Origin: Ostrea edulis
Lineage: Eukaryota
NCBI RefSeq assembly: GCF_947568905.1
Contig: NC_079172.1
Location: 64,480,001 to 64,544,000, forward strand
DNA: 64,000 nt
Reading direction: 5' to 3'
Shown: piece by piece, positions 48,445 to 60,900 of the stretch
Layout of the letters: each line of letters starts with the position of its first letter
Numbering within the stretch: the first letter of the stretch is position 1
Made by a program: the position numbers and the translations under genes
The notes under the pieces: model-generated
The model's database searches: none
Told to the model about the DNA's origin: nothing
Seen by the model: only the letters and a program-made list of their open reading frames with translations

Positions 48445-49225
48445 ATCTGAACACATTTTCCTGGCTAGGCTCTGTTGGAACATTCTAGATAAACCAGCAT
48501 CTGAACACATTTTTCTTGCTAGGCTCTGTTGGAACATTCTAGATAAGCCAGCATCTGAACACATTTTTCTTGCTAGGCTCTGTTGGAACATTCTAGATAA
48601 ACTAGCATCTGAACACATACTGGAATCGGGTTGTCCGTCTGTCTGTCAGTCCGTCCATCTGTAGACGCAATGGTTTCCGGGCTCTAAAGCATTATCCTTT
48701 CCACCTACCGTCACCATATCATATATATGGACTACCCATGGAATGAAGATGTTCCCTATCAATTTTGGGGTCAAAAGGTCAAAGGTCAAGCGCACTGGAC
48801 ATCGAAGTAGCAATATGGTTTCCGGGCTCTAAAGCATTATCCTTTCCACCTACAGTCACCATATTATACATATGGACTACCCATGGGATGAAGATGTTCC
48901 CTATCGATTTTGGGGTCAAAAGGTCAAAGGTCACGCGCACTGGACATCAAAGTAGCAATATGGTTCGGTTTGTCATGCCATTTGTTTTTTACACTCAGAA
49001 AAGAGGTAGTTTATACCTATTACCAACACCCTTTGGGAGATTGGGGTAAGCGGGGGGTATTCTTAGTGAGCATTGCTCACAGTACCTCTTGTTTTTGCTA
49101 GGCTCTGTTGGAACATTCTAGATAAATCTGAACACATTTTTCTGGCTAGGCTCTGTTGGAAAATTCTAGATAAACCAGTATTTGAACACATTTTTCTTGC
49201 TAGGCTCTGTTGGAACATTCTAGGA
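48445..49225 (+). repeat. 54-bp tandem array built from the acceptor at 49204 plus the first 20 exon nt, interrupted by a HINE-like element
   Basis: Unit ctgaacacatttttcttgctAG|gctctgttggaacattctagataaaccagcat. Post-AG positions are 48469, 48523, 48577, 49102, 49150 and the true 49204. Confidence 0.92.
48619..49092 (+). mobile_element. Helentron/HINE-like element with two ~145-bp internal repeats
   Basis: tccgtctgtctgtc microsatellite head, repeats containing aaggtcaaaggtca, and a terminal tgagcattgctca palindrome. Related fragments lie at about 29245, 30515, 37800, 47250 and 53170. Confidence 0.65.
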
Positions 49226-49345
49226 AGTTGACAACCTCATACCAAAACATTCTGGCTCTGGAGCCCACTGGGTGGACGTTTAGCAAGATCAGCTCTCTGA
49301 AGGAGATACGGCCCGAGTACAACAGGGATGGGATTAAGATTTACG
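49204..49345 (+). CDS. DCLRE1A: SNM1A coding exon 10
   Basis: ALLEHSRKLTTSYQNILALEPTGWTFSK...DGIKIYG. Acceptor cttgctag, donor G|GTATGT, phase 0 to 1. Confidence 0.93.
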
Positions 49346-49590
49346 GTATGTGTACAAATCAGGACAGAATACGAAAATGATTACATCATTTCTTTGAAAA
49401 TGAAGGGCATTGACCATGTCTGCTCTAAATATTGTTCACTCCAAATTTTATACAAGAAATTTATTATTATGTAATTTAAAAGGAACCACTTGTGATTAGA
49501 ATTATTTTCTGAAAAGCGTGTTTTAGAAAAAATCATCAATAGTCCACTTTTGAGTTCTTGTTCTCGCAATTTGACATCTATGAATTATTT

Positions 49591-51005
49591 CACAATATAT
49601 AATAGTGCATGTAGTTGAGGGTAACATTGAAAATTTTCACCCCGAGAAAACTATAGTCAACCGAGGCGTAGCCGAGGTTAACAATGGTTTCTCGAGGGGT
49701 GAAAATTTTCAGTGTTGCCCTTAACTACATGCACATTTGTTCTATTATACTGAATGTTATAAAAACAACAAAACAGAAAGACTTACGTCTGTTGACATTT
49801 GATCAATCACTGCCATGCGATATTTCGTATTTCGATGCGGGTATTCGTGTTTATTACAAACGCTCAAACGACGTCGTCTAACAATCTACGGCTAAACGTA
49901 CGCGCTTAAATTTGATGCATGTGATAATTTTTTATAATATCGCTCGTTGTCAAGTACTGTTACCTGTTGCTAGATACTATCACCCTGGAGGGCATGCTTT
50001 CTGTTCTCAAAGGGTAAAAATATGTTTTTTCAAATGCTTCTCGACCAATCAGATTAGAGTATTTTCCATGAAAGTATAATAATATTAAGTACTCGCATAA
50101 AATACTGAATTTACATTAGATACATGTACACTTCGTTATGGCAACCTTCAGTAAGTGATGTACTTCTGACTGTTGTTAAAATTTACCCACCTCTGGTCAA
50201 CCATTGGAAAAAAGCATGGTAATTTCTGTTCCCATACATATTGCATACAACCACACTTGAATGAAAACTTTCTGGGGAAAAGTTCAACTTCTTTACAAGA
50301 CTTGACAGTATTTATGGAGACAGCGTTGAAAATATTTACGTAGAATGTACTCTGACTCACATTTGTGGTGTGTGTTTTTGACATTTATTTTATTCCCTTC
50401 AAAATGAATTAATGTAATTAGATCAGTTGAAATAGTATTTAATGTAACTTAGGTTTTACACCACAACCATGGAATTAATGTGAAATAATATTCTGAGATT
50501 TCTTGGAAAAAAATTAGCATTGAAACATAAAATCAAGAAAAAGATTTGAGGTGCAGGGATTTTGATGGTTATTTACAATGTATATTATTATACTTTCATA
50601 TAAAATACTCAAATCTGATTGGTCAAGAAGCATTTGAAAAAAAATATTGTTACCTTCTGAGAACAGAAAGCACGTCCTCCAGGGTGATATTATCTAGCAA
50701 CGGGTAATAAAAAATTATCACATGCGTCAAATTTATGTGCTTACGGTTCACCGTAGATTGTTAAACAATGTAGTTTGAGCGTTTGTGATAAACACGAATA
50801 CCCACATCAATATACGAAATATCGCATGACAGTGATTGATCAAATGTCAACAGACGCAAGCCTTTCTGCTTTGTTGCTTATATAACATTCAGTATAATAA
50901 AACAAATATTGAATGTAGTTAAGCTACGCCTCAGTTGACAATGGTTTTCTCAGGGTGAAAATTTTCAATGTTACGCTTAACTACATGCAATATTTATATA
51001 TTGTT
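49591..51005. mobile_element. Two inverted copies of a ~450-500-bp repeat (49591-50086, 50582-51005)
   Basis: Arms align as reverse complements with moderate divergence, around a ~495-bp spacer. The family resembles non-autonomous Crypton-like repeats (low certainty). Confidence 0.75.
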
Positions 51006-51559
51006 GACCTGGTAAACATACACAAAGCAGGGATGTGATTTTTCCTCTATCCTCTGATTTGCTCAATTTTCGAAAAAATGAAACAGTCTGGATTTGATGT
51101 AAAGTGGCAGAAAATGATATTTTTCCAGGTAGGGTGAGGTGTTTTCCTCCCTTTTTGACCAGCTTTCCTCTGATTTCTGAGGAATTCAGTCACATCCTTG
51201 ACAAAGGAATGCATGGGTCATGTCTGACTGACTAGCATTGATAGAAGCTACAGCGTTGTGCCATAAAGGAGTCAACTGCTATATATTAAAAACAGCCAAT
51301 GATTTATTTTCTTAAAATTATCTAGCATCAATGTATTGTAACTTTCACTCCTTTAACTACAAGGATCTGCAGTTTCAGGTCTCAGTGTGTTATGTTTTCT
51401 CTAACAGCCATACACATATTATATGACTGTAAAGAACACCACACTCAAAGTTTTCTCCCCACTCTCACAAAGGATTACATCGGGAACTGGAGTGCTGAAC
51501 TTTGTTATAAACGTCTCAGTAGTTACCTTTCTGTGATTGCTGTTCAACGTTTTATAAAT

Positions 51560-51727
51560 CATTAACAGAATTTATGTCTAGATATTTTATAAATCATTAA
51601 CAGAATTTAAGTCTAGATATTTTATAAATCATTAACAGAATTTATGTCTAGATATTTTATAAATCATTAACAGAATTTATGTCTAGATATTTTATAAATC
51701 ATTAACAGAATTTATGTCTAGATATTT
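51560..51727. repeat. 36-bp tandem repeat, about 4.7 copies
   Basis: Unit ttttataaatcattaacagaatttatgtctagatat. Confidence 0.93.
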
Positions 51728-52497
51728 TGCAAGAAATGCTTTAGATTTTCATAAAAGTTGGGCCACAAATGAGTGTCAGCATGATTTTTCAAACAAAGGA
51801 TGTTTTTCAATTAGACATATAGCGTCAAACACGAAAGTTGACTCATTTATGGCACTACGGTTTATACAATGTAACTGAGAATACCGAATGTTAACTTATT
51901 TTAGCAGGATTCAAATTTTAGCAGCTTTTGCGATGAAACTAGAGCACTAATTTGTGGTTTTGGTAAAATATGAAAATCTCTATTCATCAATTATAATACA
52001 CAGGACAAGCACTAATTCATGATTACGTCAATAACACGTCAGATCTGATTGCACCAATTAGATTTAAGTATAAGTAAACACACAGTATATTGTCAGGGAT
52101 TTATCTAGGTTGTTTTTACTACCGGTAAAAGGTACCTTTTCCCTTTGGCAACAAATGGATATTTCCCCTTCAACAGATAAAAAAAATCCCCTTCATTTGT
52201 AGAAACTACACAAAATTGTATAAGAATTTTCAACGAAAATCTTTTTTTTTCTAATTCTAAGTGATTTTCTATAATTGTCAGACTTACAATATAGATAAAA
52301 TGAGTAATCAATCAATTTATATGGCTGTTATAATCTGTGGATATTATATTCCATGGATGTCCCTCATCCCCTGGAAGCTCATGACTGGATTTATCAAAAA
52401 TTCCCCTTAAATGGGTACTAACATCTAAATGCTGGATAAAACCCCGATTGTCCTTCAGGTTGTTTAGAAAGTGTATAGACTTTCCTTTTCTTTTCAG

Positions 52498-52703
52498 GTA
52501 TTCCCTACTCTGAACACAGCAGTTATTTGGAACTTCAGAGATTTGTACAGTTTATCAAGCCTAGCAAGATTATTCCCACAGTCAATGTTGGAAACCCTGC
52601 CAGTCGAACTAAAATGACCGCTATTTTCCAACAGTGGCAGCAAGGGACCCTGAAGACTCCCAAGAAAAACAGTCAAATGTCCATAAGTACCTGGGCTAAG
52701 TAG
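52498..52703 (+). CDS. DCLRE1A: SNM1A coding exon 11 (terminal)
   Basis: [32 protein letters not shown]...WQQ with TAG at 52701-52703. AATAAA at about 53014. The joined CDS is 3354 nt, 1117 aa. Confidence 0.95.
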
Positions 52704-54983
52704 TGAACAGGAAAAAAATCTGTTAAATGTCCATAAACTAGTGAACGGGGGGAAAAAAAACCAGTCTTTACATGTATGTAGACAAACTTCTTTGTAGTCA
52801 ACAAAAACTTAAAATTTCGGGATATAAATTTAAAGATGAATATGCTACTCGGACCTCGCTGAAATCTTGTGGATGGAAATTATTTATAGCATTTCTGTGA
52901 TATTATCTATGTATAATCTGCTGCTTTTGTGTGCAGCATATTTCCTTGTGAAAACAATGGAGATTTATTATGGTTGTCTTTGACAACAATGGAATTATGA
53001 TAGAGCTCAACTGAATAAAGAACCATTAAAATGCTGCTTTTCTTTGTGAACCTAGTCGCAGTTTTAGTCCCACTCCAACAAAACAAGGGGAAATTGTCAC
53101 TTTATTTTTGTTCCTTCAAGGAACGGCCGAAGCCGACAGTGATGCCACATTTCATCATAGTCATCAGGATTTTAGCTCGCCAGAGCTTTAAGTGAGCTAT
53201 TCTGATCACTTTTTGTCCAGCTTCTGTCTGTCTGTAATTTTTTCACATTTTTTTTACTTCTCCAGAACCACTGGGCTGATTTCCATCAAACTAAGCATAA
53301 ATCATCCTTGGCTGAAGGGGACTCATGTTTTTGCAAAGGAAGAGCAAAGCTCCTTTCAAAGGGGAGATAATCAAGAAAATGCAAAAATAAGGTGGGTCAT
53401 TTAAACAAAATTCTTCTCAAGAACCAATGGGCCTGAAAAGTTGAAACTTAAATGACAGCTCCCTGACCCTGTTGGTGTAGAATTAAATTTGTTCAAATAA
53501 TGCCCCCAGGGGAAGGGTAGGGTCACAATAGGGGATCAAAGTTTTACATGTAGATATATAGCAAAACTCTTATCAATATGATTGGTTGTATTTTAAAATA
53601 TGCTAATCATGGTTTACAGGTTGTATTAATATGCAAATATTAACAGGTAGTGCAGATTCAAGTTTTTCAACTCGTGGCTTCCATGGGTAGGATGATGCTG
53701 GAAAGATTTACTTGGTGAAATACAAAGAAAAAATATTCTGAAGACCAGCAGGTCCTTGATTATATTACTATCCAAGCATCCTCAGGTAGTGCAGATATCA
53801 GTTTGTTGAAATCATTCTATATGGTGAATTTTTATGACTGTGTAATTGGAGGTTTGGGGGCATATAGTTTTTGGTCTGTTTGTCCACAAAAACTTCAACC
53901 TTACTCATAACTTTTGAATGGATGGTGATGGGATTTCACACGTGTATTCCTTGTGACAAGGCCTTTCTTTTGGGACCGAAATGTATGACCTTCACTTTGG
54001 AGTTTGACCAACTTTTGAAAAACTAACTGAGGCCATAGCTTTTGAATGGTTAGTGATAACATTTTCATATCTCGCATGTTGTTTTTTTTTTATAAAAATC
54101 TTCTCAAGGCCAGCAGAGCTAAGATTAGTTATATTCAATGAAATTCAAATTAGATCCTATGGTCCGCTCATCTACTATCACTTCACATAGGATCTAACAA
54201 CTCCCCATTAGAGGTAATCTCAGATTGAACTATGAGGGGAAATTGGCAGCAAATCAACATCTTTTAGCTTTGCCAATCAAATCTTCGGTTCTAAACTACT
54301 GCTCGGGAAGTTTAAAAAATATATGGCGGTGCCCATAATCGAAAACGTAATCTTTGAAAATTTTCTTATCAAAAACCACTGGCCATGTAAACATTCTAAA
54401 ATATAACAAAAACATTAGGAATAAACCAGCAAGTCCATTTTCTAATATCCTCATATGCACGTTAAATTCTTGTATCGTTTAATTTTTTTTAAAACGTCAG
54501 TTTTCAGTTAAATGGGTTAATTGGGAAAGAATGCGATATATAAAATATTATATTTACTCTTGACAATGAAAGATACATGTTACAAGTATATTTTAATAGT
54601 GATATAGATCTACATAAAGTCTTAAAAATTACTGTGAAATTTATTGGAGACTGTTTTGAATACAGACTTTAGACTACATAAAAATTATGTAAACATTATC
54701 TAATGATGTTCAATGGACCTTTGCCAATTATTGTAATGGTGTTTGTGCCAATAAGTATTTGTATTTAGGATATACATTATGTTTAGGATATTCAGGAATA
54801 ACTTAAGTTTGTATGAACAAAGTGTGAAAACAGAGGAAGCATGGGTAACATGTATAAACCACGATCGAGACCCTGCGCCCAAATTACCCTGCCCCCGGTA
54901 TGTGTTACGTCATGACATCTTGTTAGTTTTAAAGCCCAACTACGCTCATATTATGACAGATACAGACAATTGTAAACATAATA

Positions 54984-57860
54984 CACAGGCAAATGTGCCT
55001 CACGTGAATTTCACATGAATTTCACGTGAAAATTTCTACGTGAAATTCACGTTAAAAGAGCATCAAATGTGAATTCACACGAAAAAAAATCACGTGAAAT
55101 TCACATGAATTTCACGTGAAATTCACATAAAATTCACGTGAATTTCACGTGAAATCTTTAACATGAATTTGACATAAAATTCACGTGAATTTCACATAAA
55201 CTTTATAACGTTAAATCATACATGGATATTTTGATAATCTGAATCTCGGGTTCAGATGAACACAAAAAGGAGTACAAATCTGCTTTCAATCTGCTGATAA
55301 TTTAATTGATTGAATTTGTTTTTACATGGTTGTCTTCATTGTCTTTTTTTCTTTCTTTTAATCTCTGAAAAAGAAATATTTATGTATTAGAAGGACTGTT
55401 CAATATACAAAAGGAGTCATATTAAGCCTTATGTACACATACTGTACTATGAATGTAATTGCATGTAGATGTAGCAGAAACGAAGAAAAAAAAGTTGCAA
55501 AATTATCAATAATTTGTGTTTGAAAGAAACATAACCTTTTATATATCATCATACAGAATAGAATTATTATATAAGATACAGAAGGAAGTCATGGAATATG
55601 TTTTCAAATTGTCATGTTCTAACCCAGAGGCGATTTGAAAATGATTTTGCATTCCTCATTATCTAGATTAAATCTATATAAATGCATTGCTTAAAATGAA
55701 ACGATTGATATTGATAGAGCTTTCAAGCTTACATTCTTCTCATTTAAAACTATAGTTAAATGGGGGAGCAACCAATATACATTTAATTGGCATTACGATA
55801 TATATAACAATCGATGGACATTGTTACACATCACCCCCCCCCCCCCCCCTTTCAACGTGCCTGATTTCGATGATGCCTCTATGAAGGTAATATAGAACGT
55901 TACTTAGCACCCCTAATCAATATCTAAATCGATTAAATTAGAAAAAATTATGTTCTGAATTACGATTACCATGTTCTCTGATGAATAAGGAAAGATTAAC
56001 AAACCGTGTAGAGTTATGCGATTCTGCGACACGTCCCCGAAGTGACTTCCGTATTTTCGCTGTCGTGCCTATTTGTTGACGTACCCCGTCTAAAGTAATT
56101 CTCATCAGTCTGAAATAAGCGGTTGCATTAGGAACTTTAGATCACATAAATGTAATAAGCCTAATGGCTTGAATTTACACTGAACATTTATAAATTACAA
56201 TGCTCAATCTCATCTTACCTGTAGAGTTTCTATGTACTTTCACATTCGCTGTCTTGCATACGTCAGACGGCTTACTCGAGTGTGACGTCACAGTCTTGTA
56301 ACTATTACCGGAATCTGACTGTTACAGTGTAAAGCTTTATAGATATTTTTTAAAAGTTATCTAAATATACATGGACAGTAGTGTTAAGGATTGTTTATGT
56401 TATTCGCTTTCTTCCGAGTGCTAGAAGTCTGTGTTTTCCTTTTGATTGACGATCTACAAATTCGGGATAGTGAATACGGCTGATAGAAAATTTTTCATTT
56501 CTACATGCGTGTATCAGCTATTTCCAGTAGGTCTAACTTTATGCATACACCAGCTTCCAAGGTATCACACCGGTAATTATTCTCGATGTATCTAATAAGG
56601 AGGGGGGGGGGGAATTAAAATTGATGCCAAACTACCGACAGCGGAAAACAATATCATGGCATTTTTTCCCACCTGCACAATACTACCCTCAAATCACATG
56701 TATGTAAACAGCCCAAGTGCACCCCGACAAGTAGCCTGTTACTAACATCATAAAGCAGCGAGATAAAAAAAAATTAACTCATCTTCAGTAGTTTTACAAA
56801 ACTGACAAAAACAACAATCTTTTGGAATGCATGGTTTTGAATATTCACCAGTTTCAATTTCTAAAGGATGGGCAAATATTCTTAGCTATTTAAAACGTAC
56901 TACTCTCACAAATGGAAATTTCAAATGGTCTTGTTAGTTTTAATTCATAGTTCTTTCTGATTTTACTGTAAAATAGTAATTTTCCATGTTTAGAAAATTT
57001 CGTGGTTTTGAAGTTGCATATTCTAACTCTATCAATATAGTGATTCTTCAAGTAGTTGGAAAATATGCTTTCATTAATATCTATGATGATGGGAGATTTA
57101 ATTTATATTTTAATTCTTAAGAGAAAAAATAATGGGAAATGACAGAAATCAGGTGTGGAAAGTACATGTAATCATACTGCGTACAGAACTACAATGCAAG
57201 TTAATAATTTCGCAAATAAACGAGGAGAGGGAGGCGTGAGCAGGATCTACTTTATTGGTCGTTTGCCTACATTTTATAAATGTACTCCAACTTTTGAATT
57301 GCCTAATCTCCATATCGTTTTATATTTTACCTTAATTGTATTTATTTTTTCGCTTGAATATATTAAGAAGTGTGAATATTTCACTTTAATCGCTTTTCTT
57401 GTGAAATTTGTAACGTGAATAGCTTTTCACGTGAAAATCGTGTGAAATTGTTCGTGTGAATTTCACATGAAGAAATTTCACGTGAAATTCGTGTGAATCT
57501 TTTCACGTGAATCAACGTTCACATTATTTCCTTGCGAAAATCAAATCACATTAAAATTTTCGCAAGGAACTAATGTGAAAAGTGATATAATGCTTTTCAC
57601 GTGAAATTCATGTGAAAAATTTAACGTGAATTTCATGTGAATTGCTGTTCACGTGAAATTCATGTGAATATTTTAACGTGAATTTCACGTGAAAAGCGAT
57701 TCACATGAAATTCATGTGGACATATTAACGTGAATTTCACGTGAATCACTTTTCACGTGAAATTCACATGAAATTTACGTGAATTTCACGTGAAAGGTTC
57801 ATGTGAATTTCACGTGAACAGCATTTCACGTGAAATTCACGTGAGGCACATTTGCCTGTG
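54984..57860. mobile_element. CMC/EnSpm-like non-autonomous transposon, 2877 bp
   Basis: TA|CACAGGCAAATGTGCCTCACGTGAATTTCAC...GTGAAATTCACGTGAGGCACATTTGCCTGTG|TA. Subterminal ttcacgtgaa arrays at both ends. No transposase ORF. Confidence 0.8.
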
Positions 57861-57919
57861 TACTGTACTTTCCGCGGATTTTGAAACTGCGGACCATATG
57901 TTTTTATTTACATCAGCAC

Positions 57920-60900
57920 ATAATTATGTACTATGTCATTTTGAATCATATTTACAATAAAATATCGCCTACAATTTATTGACTTATGAATATCAATATT
58001 TTATGGATTACATGTCCATGAATCTGAAATTTCGACTTTAATCTATTCTTATTTTTATGTTTATGGAGCCAGATGCAAGATATCAAAATATATATGTAAA
58101 TAGATACACACAAACCTGAAGGTAATCAATAGGACATTTATGGTTAAAACGCATGTAACTGGTCTTCAATGCAGGCATGTGCATATGTTCGTGAATGATA
58201 TTTGAAACCTTTATGCATTTTGTTTTGTGAAATGATTTATCATTCTTTTCTCTATAAGTAAAAGAAACTTACTCTATAGGATTAATTCTACACCATACGA
58301 TGGGTATAATTATGTACTATGTCATTTTGAATCATATTTACAATAAAATATCGCCTACAATTTATTGACTTATGAATATCAATATTTTATGGATTACATG
58401 TCCATGAATCTGAAATTTCGACTTTATTCTTATTTTCATGTTTATGGAGCCAGATGCAAGATATCAAAATATATATATGTAAATAGATACACACAAACCT
58501 GAAGGTAATCAATAGGACATTTATGGTTAAAACGCATGTAACTGGTCTTCAATGCAGGCATGTGCATATGTTCGTGAATGATATTTGAAACCTTTATGCA
58601 TTTTGTTTTGTGAAATGATTTATCATTCTTTTCTCTATAAGTAAAAGAAACTTACTCTATAGGATTAATTCTACACCATACGATGGGTATAATTATGTGC
58701 TATGTCATTTTGAATCATATTTACAATAAAATATCGCCTACAATTTATTGACTTATGAATATCAATATTTTATGGATTACATGTCCATGAATCTGAAATT
58801 TCGACTTTAATCTATTCTTATTTTTATGTTTATGGAGCCAGATGCAAGATATCAAAATATATATGTAAATAGATACACACAAACCTGAAGGTAATCAATA
58901 GGACATTTATGGTTAAAACGCATGTAACTGGTCTTCAATGCAGGCATGTGCATATGTTCGTGAATGATATTTGAAACCTTTATGCATTTTGTTTTGTGAA
59001 ATGATTTATCATTCTTTTCTCTATAAGTAAAAGAAACTTACTCTATAGGATTAATTCTACACCATACGATGGGTATAATTATGTACTATGTCATTTTGAA
59101 TCATATTTACAATAAAATATCGCCTACAATTTATTGACTTATGAATATCAATATTTTATGGATTACATGTCCATGAATCTGAAATTTCGACTTTAATCTA
59201 TTCTTATTTTTATGTTTATGGAGCCAGATGCAAGATATCAAAATATATATGTAAATAGATACACACAAACCTGAAGGTAATCAATAGGACATTTATGGTT
59301 AAAACGCATGTAACTGGTCTTCAATGCAGGCATGTGCATATGTTCGTGAATGATATTTGAAACCTTTATGCATTTTGTTTTGTGAAATGATTTATCATTC
59401 TTTTCTCTATAAGTAAAAGAAACTTACTCTATAGGATTAATTCTACACCATACGATGGGTATAATTATGTACTATGTCATTTTGAATCATATTTACAATA
59501 AAATATCGCCTACAATTTATTGACTTATGAATATCAATATTTTATGGATTACATGTCCATGAATCTGAAATTTCGACTTTAATCTATTCTTATTTTTATG
59601 TTTATGGAGCCAGATGCAAGATATCAAAATATATATGTAAATAGATACACACAAACCTGAAGGTAATCAATAGGACATTTATGGTTAAAACGCATGTAAC
59701 TGGTCTTCAATGCAGGCATGTACATATGTTCGTGAATGATATTTGAAACCTTTATGCATTTTGTTTTGTGAAATGATTTATCATTCTTTTCTCTATAAGT
59801 AAAAGAAACTTACTCTATAGGATTATTTCTACACCATACGATGGGTATAATTATGTACTATGTCATTTTGAATCATATTTACAATAAAATATCGCCTACA
59901 ATTTATTGACTTATGAATATCAATATTTTATGGATTACATGTCCATGAATCTGAAATTTCGACTTTATTCTTATTTTCATGTTTATGGAGCCAGATGCAA
60001 GATATCAAAATATATATATGTAAATAGATACACACAAACCTGAAGGTAATCAATAGGACATTTATGGTTAAAACGCATGTAACTGGTCTTCAATGCAGGC
60101 ATGTGCATATGTTCGTGAATGATATTTGAAACCTTTATGCATTTTGTTTTGTGAAATGATTTATCATTCTTTTCTCTATAAGTAAAAGAAACTTACTCTA
60201 TAGGATTAATTCTACACCATACGATGGGTATAATTATGTACTATGTCATTTTGAATCATATTTACAATAAAATATCGCCTACAATTTATTGACTTATGAA
60301 TATCAATATTTTATGGATTACATGTCCATGAATCTGAAATTTCGACTTTAATCTATTCTTATTTTTATGTTTATGGAGCCAGATGCAAGATATCAAAATA
60401 TATATGTAAATAGATACACACAAACCTGAAGGTAATCAATAGGACATTTATGGTTAAAACGCATGTAACTGGTCTTCAATGCAGGCATGTGCATATGTTC
60501 GTGAATGATATTTGAAACCTTTATGCATTTTGTTTTGTGAAATGATTTATCATTCTTTTCTCTATAAGTAAAAGAAACTTACTCTATAGGATTATTTCTA
60601 CACCATACGATGGGTATAATTATGTACTATGTCATTTTGAATCATATTTACAATAAAATATCGCCTACAATTTATTGACTTATGAATATCAATATTTTAT
60701 GGATTACATGTCCATGAATCTGAAATTTCGACTTTAATCTATTCTTATTTTTATGTTTATGGAGCCAGATGCAAGATATCAAAATATATATGTAAATAGA
60801 TACACACAAACCTGAAGGTAATCAATAGGACATTTATGGTTAAAACGCATGTAACTGGTCTTCAATGCAGGCATGTGCATATGTTCGTGAATGATATTTG

